This document shows, one piece after another, positions 1 through 11,820 of a stretch of DNA of 64,000 bases. Origin of the DNA: an uncultured Phycisphaerales bacterium (lineage in GTDB: Bacteria; Planctomycetota; Phycisphaerae; Tepidisphaerales; Tepidisphaeraceae); assembly GCA_963788015.1 (NCBI GenBank), contig CAWBEY010000001.1, forward strand, positions 128,359 through 192,358, written 5' to 3'. A program made the position numbers and the translations under genes. The notes beneath the pieces were generated by a model that worked only from the letters and a program-made list of their open reading frames with translations, made no database searches and was not told where the DNA came from. Positions within the stretch are counted from its first letter, which is position 1. The number at the start of each line of letters is the position of its first letter.

Positions 1-399
1 CCCAATTCCCAATCCAATCGCCGCAACGCACCACATTCCCGCTGCGGTGGTCAGGCCGTGAACGGTCGAGCCATGCTTCATGATCGCCCCCGCCCCCAGG
101 AAGCCAACGCCCGTCATCACCCCATAAGCAATGCGAGCCGGGTCCAGCGCCACATTGCCAGTCCCGGGCTTGGCAAACTGCACTTGTGCGACATGCAGCG
201 AAACCAGCATCGCCATCGCACACCCCAGACACAACAGCAGGTTGGTCCGAAACCCCGCGTTGCGACCCCGCACCTCGCGCTCCAGCCCAATCATCGCCCC
301 GGCAATCGCCGAGAACCCCAACCGGAGGAATGCCTCTGCGGTGTCACCCAGCGAGGCGGCCCAGGCGTTGAATCCGCTGCTCCACTGTTCAATAAACAC
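1..399 (-). CDS. MgtC/SapB family membrane protein (N-terminal part; gene runs off the window start)
   Basis: Reverse-strand translation from a GTG at 399 gives VFIEQWSSGFNAWAASLGDTAEAFLRLGFSAIAGAMIGLEREVRGRNAGFRTNLLLCLGCAMAMLVSLHV..., which matches the typical MgtC N-terminal region. There is no stop before position 1. Confidence 0.55.
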   Translation of the reverse strand, partial: MFIEQWSSGFNAWAASLGDTAEAFLRLGFSAIAGAMIGLEREVRGRNAGFRTNLLLCLGCAMAMLVSLHVAQVQFAKPGTGNVALDPARIAYGVMTGVGFLGAGAIMKHGSTVHGLTTAAGMWCVAAIGLGIG

Positions 400-589
400 G
401 CATGTATGCTATCGCCAAGCCGTCCGCTCGTCAGCGCTGATTGGGATAGTCAGGGAATTGGCTTAAGGGTTGAAGCGCCGCCAAAATCGACTAAACTTCC
501 AAGGCCAAGCGCCGAAGTTGTTGATGGGCCATCCGTTTAAGCGGGCAAAAGGCCGGGGTCTGGTTGTAGCATCCAAGTGGAGTTGTCGC

Positions 590-1631
590 ATGCCGGTAGC
601 CAACGAAGTCGAGAAACGGCCGGAAGTTAAGGTCACCCCGTCCCACGCCGGCCAGGTCGAGCGCGAGCGTCTCCGCATGATGATGCTCATCCGCCGCTTC
701 GAGGAACGCACCGTCCAGGAATACTCACAAGCCCGGCCAGAAAATCGGCGGCTTCTGCCACGTTTACTCCGGCCAGGAAGCCATCGCCGTCGGCATCTCC
801 TCCATCTACGACAAATCCCGCGATGCCCTCATCAACGGCTACCGCTGTCATGGCCACTCCCTCGCCCTTGGCATGAGCCCGCGCGAGTGCATGGCCGAGC
901 TGTTCGGAAAGGTCACCGGCTGCTCCAAGGGCAAGGGCGGCTCCATGCACTTCTTCGACGTCGAGGTCGGCAACCACGGCGGTCACGGCATCGTCGGCGG
1001 CCATATCCCCCTGGGCCTGGGTCTCGCCTTCGCCCAAAAATACAAGAAAAACGGCGGCGTCACCTTCTGCCTCTTCGGCGACGGCGCTATTAACCAGGGC
1101 ACCTTCAACGAAGCGCTCAACATGGCCAGCCTGATGAAAGTGCCGGCCATTTTTATTGTCGAAAATAACGGCGTGGCAATGGGCACGCAGGTCGAGCGCT
1201 CCAGCGCCGACAAAGATCTCGCCCAGCGGGGCTGCGGCTTCAACATGCCCCACCGCCACGTCGACGGCAACGACATCGACACCGTCATCCGCGAATTCGG
1301 CGAGGCCGCCGACCGCGCCCGCCGTGGCGACGGGCCAAGCTATCTCGTCGCCGACACCTTCCGTTTCCGTGGCCACTCCATGTCCGATCCCCTCAAGTAC
1401 CGCACCAAGGAAGAACAGGAACGCGCCAAGCTCCGTGACCCCGTCACCCTCTACTCCGCACGCCTTCGCGAAAAGGGCTTCATCACTGACGAACAGATCG
1501 AGGCGATGCAGGAAGAAGTCACCGCCGAAGTGAACGAGGCCGTCGCCCAGGCCGACGCCGATCCGCATCCGCCTCTCGAAGACCGATTCAATGATGTGCT
1601 CGCGGAGCAATATCCGTATCAACCCCAGTAA
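590..1631 (+). CDS. pdhA: pyruvate dehydrogenase E1 component alpha subunit, split by a +1/-1 frameshift near 725-740
   Basis: N-terminus MPVANEVE...LRMMMLIRRFEERTVQEYSQ in frame 2. It then continues in frame 0 as KIGGFCHVYSGQEAIAVG...GHSMSDPLKYRTKEEQ. An extra C in 'gcccggcc' breaks the frame. Confidence 0.85.
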
Positions 1632-1650
1632 GATGGCGAATCACCGATGA

Positions 1651-1911
1651 TTGAAGAGCATCAGCATTACCGACGAGATCGAAAAGGCGCTGGATCGCCA
1701 ACCGTTTCGGCCCTTTTCAATTGTCGTCAGCAGCGGCGACCGCTATGAAGTGACCGGCCGCCATCAGGTCGCGGTGGCCAAGCAGGTGGTGATCATTTTG
1801 CCCCCCGACGCTGCATCCATCTATCTGCGATCAAATCAACTCGTGGCGGTGGAGATTGCCGCACCCGGCGACTTGAACTATCCAAAAGTGAGTGAACCCC
1901 AATGGCAGTGA
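1651..1911 (+). CDS. small hypothetical protein between pdhA and pdhB (TTG start)
   Basis: An 86-aa ORF that fills the pdhA-pdhB gap exactly. I recognise no domain. Confidence 0.3.
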   Translation: MKSISITDEIEKALDRQPFRPFSIVVSSGDRYEVTGRHQVAVAKQVVIILPPDAASIYLRSNQLVAVEIAAPGDLNYPKVSEPQWQ

Positions 1912-1939
1912 TGCAATTCCGTGAAGCCCTCCGTCCGCC

Positions 1940-2888
1940 ATGACCGAGGAGATGGAGCGCGATGATAAAGTCTTCCTCATCGGCGAGGAAGTCGCTCAAT
2001 ACAACGGCGCTTACAAGGTGTCTGAGGGAATGCTGGAACGCTTCGGCCCCGATCGGGTCATCGACACCCCCATCAGCGAAGCCGCCTTTTCCGGCCTTGG
2101 CGTCGGCGCAGCCATGGCCGGCCTGCGCCCCATCGTCGAGTTCATGAGCTGGTCGTTCACCCTCGTCTGCCTCGATCAACTCGTCAACAACGCCGCCAAC
2201 GTCCGCTACATGTCCGGCGGCCAATACCGCGTCCCCATCACTTTCCGCGGTGGCAACGGCATCGCCCATCAGCTCGCGCGCCACCCACTCCCATCGCATG
2301 GAGTCGGTCTACAGCCGCATCCCCGGCCTGATCGTCGTCGCCCCCTCCACGCCCGCCGAAGCCAAGGGCCTGCTCAAGTCCTCCATCCGCTGTGATGACC
2401 CCGTCATCTTCCTCGAAAACGAAAAGATGCTCGGCGATAAAGGCGAAGTTCCCGACGACGCCGACTTCACACTTCCCCTGGGCGTAGCCAACGTCGAGCG
2501 AGAAGGGTCCGACGTCACCATCCTCAGCTACGGCCGGCCGTTGCAGCGCGTGGTGCGCCCGTCGGTGGACGTGCTGGTCAACGAGCACGGTTTCGACGTT
2601 GAGCTCATCGACCTCCGCACGCTTCGGCCGCTCGACACCCAGACCATCATCAACTCGGTCAAGAAGACCAACCGATGCGTCATCGTCGATGAGGACTGGG
2701 GCTATTGCGGCATGGGCGCTGGCATTCTCCAGAAGATCCACAAGCCGCTGTTCGATTATCTCGACGCGCCCATCGAATATGTTCACAGCGACGAGATCCC
2801 CGTGCCGTTCAACCACTTCCTCGAAGAGGCAATGATGCCCAGCGTCGATCAGATCGTCGCGGCCGCAAAGCAAGTCTGCTATCGATAA
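1940..2888 (+). CDS. pdhB: pyruvate dehydrogenase E1 component beta subunit, frameshift near 2283-2290
   Basis: [37 protein letters not shown]...GGNGIAHQL then the frame switches to ...[30 protein letters not shown]... Confidence 0.85.
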
Positions 2889-2904
2889 GAGTCAAAGGAG
2901 TGTC

Positions 2905-4301
2905 ATGCCCGCCGAAATTACCATGCCCCAGTTGAGCGATACGATGACCGAGGGGACTCTCGTCAAATGGAACAAGAAGGAGGGGGACAAGGTCAAGCAG
3001 GGTGAAGAAATCGCCGACATCGAGACCGACAAGGCAACCATGCCCATGGAGGCGTTTGAAGCCGGCACGCTCGCCTACATCGCCATCAAGGAAGGGGAAA
3101 AGGCCAACGTGGGGGCCTTGATTGGCGTGATTGCCAAGGCCGGCGAAAAGATCGACGAGATCAAGGCCAAGTACGCCGGCGGCAATGCCAAACCCGCCGC
3201 GGCCGCAGCGCCCGCTCAACCCCCGGCCACAACCGCCGCCAAAGCTGAAGCGCCTCCAGCGCCGACTCCCGCACCGCGCCCCCCACGGCAACCGCGACCC
3301 TCGAAGCCGCCAGCAACAGTGAGATCCACGAGCCCGATGAAGTGGGCCACGGCGCAACCCGCGAGCGCAGCCATCCCGTGCCGCCACTCCCGCAGGGCAA
3401 TGGCAACTCGCGAATCAAAGTGTCGCCCCTCGCCAAACGAATCGCCGCCGACAACAACGTTGATACCTCGCGCGTCGCCGGTTCGGGACCCGGCGGCCGG
3501 ATCATCCAGCGCGATATCGTCAGCTACATGGAGAAAGGCGGCGGCAAAGCTGAACCCGCCGCCGCGCAAGCACCCGCCCCGATCCTGGCGCCAGTGGTAT
3601 TGAGCGGCGAAACCCAGGTCATCCCCCTGACCAAAATGCGCACAGCCATCGCGGCCGCGCTCCTCCGCTCCAAGCAGACCGTCCCACACTTCTACGAAAC
3701 CATCGACATCGACATGACCGCCCTCGCCCAGCTGCGCGAGCGTCTCAACGGCCGCCTCGAAAAAGAAAAAATCCGCCTCTCTCTCGCCGACTTCATCACC
3801 AAGGCCGTCGCATCCACGCTCATCCGCCACCCCGACCTCAACGCCCGGTTCAACTCCGAGAAAGGTGAGATCACCCGCTACGGCGACGTTAACCTCGGCA
3901 TCGCCGTCTCGATCCCCGACGGCCTGATCGTTCCCGTCCTCCGCGGCGTCAATCAGATGGGCCTGAAGGATATTCGCGTCCGCAGCGAAGATCTCATCAA
4001 GCGCGGCCGCGATCAGCGATTGAAGCGCGAAGAAATGTCCGAAGCCACCTTCACCATCAGCAGCCTCGGCACCTTCGGCATCCGCGAGTTCAGCGCCATC
4101 ATCAACCCCCCCGAAGTCGGCATCCTCGCCATCGGCGCGGCCGAGAAGCGCGCGGTCGTCAAAGGCGATCAGATCGTCATCCGCACCATGATGAGCGTTA
4201 CCCTCTCCTGCGACCACAGAGTAGTAGACGGCGCAACCGCCGCCGATTTCCTCCGCACCCTCAAAGAAACCCTCGAAGAACCCGGAATGCTCCTGATCTG
4301 A
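2905..4301 (+). CDS. pdhC: dihydrolipoamide acetyltransferase (E2) of pyruvate dehydrogenase, with frameshift(s) in the Ala/Pro linker (about 3280-3400)
   Basis: Lipoyl domain MPAEITMPQLSDTMTEGTLVKWNKKEGDKV...IETDKATM. E3-binding motif IKVSPLAKRIAADNNVD. Catalytic domain ...SCDHRVVDGATAADFL. Confidence 0.85.
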
Positions 4302-4367
4302 CTATGTCATATTGCTGGCGCTGTTCCCTCCGCCAGTCGGCGCCTGAATCCTCGAAAGACAGCCAGT

Positions 4368-5795
4368 ATGCGTCACCCCCGCGACGTCGCCTCCAACCTC
4401 TCTGCCCGCTATGGCGTCGAAGCCCTGGAAGACCGGTGTCTTCTCTCCGTCGCCCCAATCCAACCCAGAATCGCCCACCACGCGGCCCATCGTTCCTCCG
4501 GCCTCTCGCTCGGCGCTCTCCGCAACGCCACCCGCATGAACGGCAGCCAGGTCCGCGCTCAGATCGCCATCAACCCGCGCAACGCCAAAAACGTCGTCAC
4601 CGTTGGCCAGAACAACGCCCACGGCAACACCATGCTCACCGTCTCTTACAGCCTGGATGGCGGCAACTCCTGGCACGCCTACAACATCGGCGGCGCCACC
4701 GACCACTTCAACGGCGGCAGCGGTCGGCCGGATCCCCGCGTCTCCTTTGACGCCTTCGGCAACTGCTACATCTGTTACATGTGCGCTGTCACCCCCAACG
4801 AACTCGACGTCATCACCGGCATCAGCAGCAATGGCGGAAAGTCGTTCCGCTTCCAGAAGGCCACTTCCGGCGTCAACGCCCAAATCGACAACCCGAACAT
4901 GGCCACCGGCGTCGATGCCCGCAACCACGCGCACCAAATGGTCTGGATCTGCTACACCGATTCCAACGACGGCTTCGTCAAAATCGTCTACGCCACCTCC
5001 ACGGGCCTCGGCAGGCTGTCGGGCTTTTCCAAACCCAACACCGTCAGCGGCGAACCGGGCGGCGACTCCAGTGTCGCCGTCGGGCCTAAGGGCCAAGTTG
5101 CTGTCACCTGGGAAGCCCCAATCAACACCTCCGGCCCGGCCACCATTTTCGTCTGCACCGACGCCGACGGCGCCGGCACGGCCAGAGACTTCGGCGCCGA
5201 CATCCTCGCCACCACCACGGCCGTCGGCGACACCCACTACATCCCCGCCCAACCCGACCGCACCATCGATGCCGAACCAAAAGTTGCATTCGACCGCAGC
5301 GGCGGCGCGGCCAGCGGCCGGCTTTACCTCGTCTATGTCGACGAAAATCCCGACGTCCCTTACGACACCGACATCTTCCTCCGCTACTCCACCAATCTCG
5401 GCAACACCTGGACCAAGCCCATCACCGTCAACGACGACAACACCACCAACAGCCAGTTCGTCCCCGCCTTAGCGGTCGATGATAAGACCGGCCAGGTCGG
5501 CGTCTCCTGGCTCGATTGCCGCGATAGCTCCGACAACAAAGGCGCAATGGAATACGCCGCCGTCAGCATCGACCACGGCCGATCGTTTCAGGCCAATCTG
5601 CGCATCAGCAAGGCCGGCTCATTCCAAGGCTGGGCCAACGGCGCTGATGACACCGATTACGGCGACTCCACCGGCCTGGCGTTCTTCAACCACAAGCTCA
5701 TCCCCGCCTGGGCCGACGATTCCAACTCCACCAAAGACAACCCCAACGGCCTGTTCGCCTTCGACGTCTACACCGCCGTCGTCACCACCCGCTGA
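4368..5795 (+). CDS. secreted BNR/Asp-box repeat protein (sialidase-like) with the planctomycete N-terminal 'LEDRCLLS' motif
   Basis: Asp-box repeats SLDGGNSW, SSNGGKSF, STNLGNTW, SIDHGRSF. N-terminus ...GVEALEDRCLLSVAP. The reading frame is intact. Confidence 0.6.
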   Translation: MRHPRDVASNLSARYGVEALEDRCLLSVAPIQPRIAHHAAHRSSGLSLGALRNATRMNGSQVRAQIAINPRNAKNVVTVGQNNAHGNTMLTVSYSLDGGNSWHAYNIGGATDHFNGGSGRPDPRVSFDAFGNCYICYMCAVTPNELDVITGISSNGGKSFRFQKATSGVNAQIDNPNMATGVDARNHAHQMVWICYTDSNDGFVKIVYATSTGLGRLSGFSKPNTVSGEPGGDSSVAVGPKGQVAVTWEAPINTSGPATIFVCTDADGAGTARDFGADILATTTAVGDTHYIPAQPDRTIDAEPKVAFDRSGGAASGRLYLVYVDENPDVPYDTDIFLRYSTNLGNTWTKPITVNDDNTTNSQFVPALAVDDKTGQVGVSWLDCRDSSDNKGAMEYAAVSIDHGRSFQANLRISKAGSFQGWANGADDTDYGDSTGLAFFNHKLIPAWADDSNSTKDNPNGLFAFDVYTAVVTTR

Positions 5796-5808
5796 TCTCT
5801 TCAACAAC

Positions 5809-5845
5809 AAAAAAAGGGACGCCCAACAAGTGAGCGTCCCTTTCG
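5809..5845. terminator. bidirectional Rho-independent terminator between convergent genes
   Basis: A7 run, then GGGACGC-loop-GCGTCCC, then TTTCG. It reads as a terminator on both strands. Confidence 0.5.
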
Positions 5846-5871
5846 TGCTTCAGAAAGCTTCATTCAGCATC

Positions 5872-6450
5872 TTATGGATTGCTGGTCATCGGCGGAGCGG
5901 AAGCGCCAAGCGGCTGATATCCAAACTTTTGTCCGCCAACCGATGCCTCCGCCATCAACCCGCCTCGAGCGTGGGTGAAGATGGCAACGCCGTCCGTGTA
6001 CTTGGCATTGGTGGCCACGCCGGATTTCAGCGCCACGGCCGACGCCTGGGCCGCAAACGTGAACTTGCCGCTCTTGAATCGATCAAGGGCCGCCTTGTCC
6101 TGGAAGGCAATCACCTCCGTATATTCCTGGCCGCCGGCCTGCAGGCCGATCGTCGCCTGGGTCAACTCGGTGTACCCCACCTTCTGACCCTGCTCAAACA
6201 CCTCCCCATGCCCATAAGCACCGCCCACGCCCAGGCCGCCCTTGCCCACGGTCGGGAATACGGCATACCCATAGGCATTGCTCAGGAACGAACCAAAGCC
6301 CGGATCCTCCTGCTTCAAGGCCGACAATGACGCTTGCACATTGTCCGCAAGCTTCATCTTCGCTTCATCGCTCTTGGGCGGCGATTGGCACCCTGTAAAA
6401 GTAAACCCCACACCAGCCAACATCACGACGCTCAACAATAACTTTCGCAT
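5872..6450 (-). CDS. lipoprotein with a SYLF/Ysc84-like (DUF500) domain
   Basis: Signal plus lipobox MRKLLLSVVMLAGVGFTFTGC. Gly-rich SYLF-like core (GKGGLGVGGAYGHGEV...GLQAGGQEY). RBS GGAGGACGTATG. Confidence 0.55.
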   Translation of the reverse strand: MRKLLLSVVMLAGVGFTFTGCQSPPKSDEAKMKLADNVQASLSALKQEDPGFGSFLSNAYGYAVFPTVGKGGLGVGGAYGHGEVFEQGQKVGYTELTQATIGLQAGGQEYTEVIAFQDKAALDRFKSGKFTFAAQASAVALKSGVATNAKYTDGVAIFTHARGGLMAEASVGGQKFGYQPLGASAPPMTSNP

Positions 6451-6600
6451 ACGTCCTCCGAGATAAGGGAGACAAAGACAACGACTTAACTGACCAAGGC
6501 GAACAATAGAGGTTAGGCCGCCGACCTGTCAATGTGGAATATTTCGAGTGCCTGAGAAAGACCGCCGGTGGACTTGCTGGCAACAGTACATCGCCCCGTC

Positions 6601-7387
6601 TCAGGTGGCGTTTGTTTGCGCGGTTAGCAACTTGGACGCCCAGGCTGCATCCGATTCCTCCAGCCCCGCCGCCGGCAACCCCTCATAACGCACCGCGCGA
6701 TCGTATCGTCCGCGCGAATATGCCGTGTCGAAGACCTCACCCAGATCAACGGAGATATCCGGATCGGGCCATCGCAATGGAACCGGGACCACCGGCAAGG
6801 GATCGCGCAGCCCCCATCCATACACATCAACCGTTTCCCGGCGGTCTGCGCGGCTGATAAGCACCGTGTAATGGGTTTGCGGCGCCTTCAACGCCATCCG
6901 CCGACCCCCAATCAGCAGGTCGATCTCCACGAGATTGACTGGCCTGCCGAGAACCGCCTGCCGCCGGGCCATGTACTCCCAATAGCCATCCCCGATCTTG
7001 TTGGAGGGCGACAGCACTTCGATCACGCTCACCACTGAAAGTTCCGGCAAACGCCGAACCTCCAACCAAACGTCGCGCCACCTCGGCCATGGCCGGCGCG
7101 GAGACCGTGATGGGTTCAAGCGTGGCGACGCCACTTTGTGTGGCTGGATGATGCGAATCGGCAGGTCGTGCTGCATCATGAACGATGCTGACATCCGGAT
7201 AAATCCGCCGCGTCTCCGCATCGTCATAGTTCACTAACCGCAGTTGCTCATCGATCCGGGCATCATATTGATTCGGCAATCGTTCCAGGATGGCGTCCCG
7301 CAGGTAGGTGATGAAGGACCGGTGAAAATCCGGCCACAACCCCGGATGCTCGATGTAGGGGTCCATGCCGGGAAATGGGGATCGCAT
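6601..7387 (-). CDS. DUF4058 family protein (Uma2/PD-(D/E)xK-like), frameshift near 7085
   Basis: N-terminus MRSPFPGMDPYIEHPGLWPDFHRSF...PDVSIVH. C-terminal part ...DVWLEVRRLPELSVVSVIEVLSPSNK...VNLVEIDLLIGG lies in another frame. Confidence 0.55.
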
Positions 7388-7496
7388 GGCAGGATTATAG
7401 CGTCCTGCGAACTTCCCCGCCCCCTCGGATGCCCAAGGCTCCGTTCCGCGTGGTTGTCGCTGACGGACCGCAATCGCGGTTCAGTCGCCACCAGCC

Positions 7497-10129
7497 CTAC
7501 GCATTCCCCACCAACTCCCCCTCCACCACCTCCGCGCCTTTGGAGAAGATGAAGTCGTGCCGGTGCGGTTCCACGTCGATCCGAATCGTATCCCCTTCAG
7601 CATATTCACCCTTCAGGATCCGTGAGGCCACCGGGTTCTCAATCCGCTGCTGGATCACCCGTTTCAGCGGCCGAGCGCCATACGTCGGATCATACCCTTC
7701 CTCCGACAACAGCTTCTTCGCCTCCTCGCTCACGCTCATCTTCAGGTTCCGGCTCGCCAGACGCTTCGACAAATGCTGAAGCTGCACATCCACAATCCGC
7801 GTGGTCTGCTCGCGCGTCAGCGGATGAAACACGATGATCTCATCGATCCGATTCAAAAATTCCGGCCGGAAATACTGCTTCAGCATCTCCTTCACCGCCG
7901 CCTCCACTTCCCATTCCTGCGCCTCCTGACCATTCAGCTTCTGAATCTCCGACGATCCAATGTTGCTGGTCATCACGATCACGCTGTTCTTAAAATCCAC
8001 CGTCCGCCCCTGCCCATCCGTCAGCCGCCCATCGTCCAGCACCTGCAGCAACACGTTAAAAACATCCCGATGCGCCTTCTCCACTTCATCAAACAAAATC
8101 ACCGAATACGGCTTCCGTCGCACCGCCTCCGTCAGCCGCCCGCCTTCTTCATACCCCACATACCCCGGCGGCGCCCCGATCAGCCGCGCCACCGAATGCT
8201 GCTCCATAAACTCGCTCATGTCGATCCGCACCATCGCGTTCTCATCATCAAACAAAAACTCCGCCAGCGCCTTGCACAGCTCCGTCTTCCCCACGCCCGT
8301 CGGCCCAAGAAACATAAACGACCCAATCGGCCGGTTCGGATCTCCCAGCCCCGCCCGGTTCCGCCGCACCGCATCCGACACCGCCCGCACCGCCTCGTCC
8401 TGCCCGATCACCCGATGCCCCAATCGCTCTTCCATCTTCATCAGCTTCTCGCGCTCCCCCTCCAGCATCCGGCTCACCGGAATCGCCCGTCCATCGCGAC
8501 ACCACCTCTGCAATTTCATCCGGCGTCACTTCCTCCTTCACCAGCGCCTCCCCATCGTTGGCCAGTTCGTGCAGCTTTTCGTTGGCCTCCTCCAGCCGCC
8601 GATTCAGCTCGCGCATCTCACCATATTGAATCCGCGCCGCCACTTCCCAATTCCCATTGCCGCTGCGCCTGCTCCAGTTCCACCTGCTTGGCATCAATCT
8701 GCTCCTGAAGCTGCTTCATCGCCCGCATCGCCCCCACCTCATTCTCCCACCGCGCTGTCAGTTGCGTGTTCTTCTCCTGAAGCTCCGCCAACTCCCGCTC
8801 GGCCTTCGCAAGCTGCTGCTTCGACGCCGGGTCCTTCTCCAGCCGCAGCGCCTCGGTCTCAATTTGAAGCTGCATCATCCGCCGCCGAATCTCATCCAGC
8901 TCGGCCGGCATCGAATCATTCTCAATCCGCAGCCGCGACGCCGCCTCATCAATCAAATCAATCGCCTTGTCCGGCAGGAATCGATCCTGAATATACCGGC
9001 TCGACAACACCGCCGCCGCCACGATCGCGCTGTCGGTAATGCGCACCCCATGGTGCGTCTCATACCGCTGCTTCAGCCCGCGCAAAATCGCAATCGTGTC
9101 TTCCACGCTCGGCTCCCCCACCACAATCGGCTGAAACCGCCGCTCCAGCGCCGCATCCTTCTCGATGTACTTCCGATATTCATCCAGCGTCGTAGCGCCG
9201 ATGGTCCGAAGTTCCCCACGCGCCAGCGCCGGCTTCAGCAGATTCCCGGCATCCATCGACCCCTCCGCCTTCCCGGCCCCAACCACCGTGTGCAACTCAT
9301 CAATAAACAGAATCACCCGCCCCTCGCTCTGCGTCACTTCCTTAATCACCGCCTTCAGCCGGTCCTCAAATTCCCCGCGAAACTTGGCCCCCGCCACCAG
9401 CGCCCCCATGTCCAGCGCGATAATCCGCTTGTTCTGCAAGCCCCGCCGGCACGTCGCCATTCACCATCCGAATCGCCAGCCCCTCCACGATCGCCGTCTT
9501 CCCCACGCCCGGCTCGCCGATCAGCACCGGATTGTTCTTGGTCCGCCGCGACAACACCTGCATCGTCCGCCGAATCTCCTCATCCCGCCCAATCACCGGA
9601 TCGAGCTTCCCCAGCCGCGCCATCTCCACCAGATCCCGGCCATACCGCATCCAGCGCCTGATACTTCTCCTCCGGGTTCTGGTCCGTCACCCGCTGCCCG
9701 CCCCGCACATCCTTCAACGCGTTCAGAATCGCATCATGCGTCACCGCGTTCAACGACAAAAGCTCCTTGCGCCTCGCTCTTCACCTGCGCCAGCGCCAGC
9801 AAAAGATGCTCCGTCGAAATGTATTCATCCTTCAGCCGGTCCGCTTCCTTCTGCGCATCACTCAAAACATCCTGCGTCGATCGCCCCATCCCAAGCTGCG
9901 TCCCCGTCGCCTTGGGCAACCGGTCCATCTCCCCGTTCACCATCTGCCCAATCCGCCCCGCATTCGCCCCCAGCTTCTGCAGAATCGGCGCAACCACCCC
10001 TTCGGTTTCGCCTAGCAGCGCCGCCAGCAGATGCAGCGGCCGCAACTCCGCATGGTCATGCTTCTGCGCCAACTCCTGAGCCCGCTGAATCGCCTCCTGA
10101 GCCTTCACTGTTAATTTATCGAGTCTCAT
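7497..10129 (-). CDS. clpB: ATP-dependent chaperone ClpB, broken by at least four frameshifts
   Basis: N-terminus [38 protein letters not shown]1 [13 protein letters not shown]...[17 protein letters not shown], ...[24 protein letters not shown]2 ...VIGQDEAV...[12 protein letters not shown]. It is spread over ORFs 9734-10219, 9366-9650, 8618-9460 and 7497-8519. Confidence 0.9.
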
Positions 10130-10412
10130 AGTCGTCTTACCTTCTGCACTTAAAAGAATCGTTGTGTAATCTACCTCATCTATACGCAACAAACGCGCCG
10201 AAGATCGCGCCCAGGGCAAGCTGCGAAGCTCGCAACACCAGTGCAGCGCAGCAGTTAAAACTATATTGACGCCAGAGCGACATCCTCACCGCCTTCCCCC
10301 CGCGCCTGCAGGATTGGCAGCCACCGCACGCCCTTCGCCAAATGTTCACCACCATCGCGTAGCATCGGCCCCTCTTCCCCCCCCCCGCCCATCCTCGCTA
10401 ACCTTGCACCCC

Positions 10413-11820
10413 ATGAGCGACGCCGCATATCAGCAATGCATCCACCCCGATTGCGGCGCCACCTACAGCGTCGACGAAGTCCGCACCGCCTGCGAAAAAT
10501 GCGGCTCCCTCATCGACATCCGCTACGACTGGTCACGCCTCCCCGTCCCCAAAAGCCTCAGCTTTTTCGAGCACCGCTGGAACACCAAGGGCACCGAAAC
10601 CGCCGGCCGCCTCGACTTCTCCGGCGTCTGGCGCTTCCGCGAACTCCTCCCCTTCTACCACACCGAAGACGACATGGTCTCCATCGGCGAAGGCCGAACA
10701 AGCATGCAACAGGCCGACCTCCTCGGCCGGCAGATCGGCATGCGGCCCGGCAAGCTGATGCTTCAGTACGAAGGCCTCAACCCCAGCGGCAGCTTCAAGG
10801 ACAACGGCATGACCGCCGCCTTCACCCATGCCCGCATGGTCAAGGCCAAACGCGTCGCCTGCGCCTCCACCGGCAACACCAGCGCCAGCCTCGCCATGTT
10901 CGCCTCCCTCGCCGAAATGCAGGGCATCGTCTTCATCGGCACCGGCAAAATCTCCCTCGGCAAACTCTCCCAGGCCCTCGACTACGGCGCACTCACGCTC
11001 CAGATCAAAGGCGACTTCGACGCCTGCCTCCGCCGCATCCGCCAAATCTCGGCCGACACCGACCTGGGCATCTACCTCATGAACAGCGTCAACCCCTTCC
11101 GCCTCGAAGGCCAGAAAAGCATCATGTATCGCATCCTCGAGGCCCTCGACTGGCAAAGTCCCCGACTGGGTCATCGTCCCCGGCGGCAACCTCGGCAACT
11201 GCTCCGCATTCGGCAAGGCCTTCATGGAGCTCAAGGAACTGGGCCTCATCCGCAAAATCCCCCGCCTCGCCGTCATCAACGCCTCCGGCGCCAACACCCT
11301 CAACGAGCTCTACTCCCGCCAGAATCTCCGCTGGAACGACGGCCGCGTCGATATGAAAGCCATCACCGGCCTCTACGCCGCCATGGACGAAAGCAACTAC
11401 TACCCCCACACCGTCGCCAGCGCCATCGAGATCTCCCGCCCCGTCAACCTCCCCAAGGCCCTCCGCGCCCTGCATTTCATGAGCGGCGTCGTCCGCGAAG
11501 TCACCGACGAAGAAATCCTCGAACACCGGGCCATGGTCGCCCGCTTCGGCTTCGGCTGCGAGCCCGCCAGCGCCGCCAGCGTCGCCGGCCTGCGCAACTT
11601 CTCGAAGAACAAGTCATCTCCCCGCGACGAAACCGTCGCCTGCATCCTCACCGGCCACGAGCTCAAAGACCCCAACGTCACGGTAAAATACCACACCGGC
11701 GTAGACATAAAAGCCGTCCAGGACCAGGCCCCCCGCGTCGAACCGCATGGCCGGTATGTCAACCAGCCCATCGCCGTCGCCGACAAACTCGACGACATCA
11801 TCCGCGTCATCACCAGCTGA
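10413..11820 (+). CDS. thrC: threonine synthase, frameshift near 11154
   Basis: Zn-ribbon N-terminus [35 protein letters not shown] lysine motif [10 protein letters not shown]. After 'EALDW' the frame shifts into ...[23 protein letters not shown].... Confidence 0.85.

Noticed and set aside
58-540. Plus-strand ORFs 58-540, 131-466 and 186-371
   Set aside because: They are antisense to the MgtC-like gene and have low-complexity Arg/Pro-rich translations.
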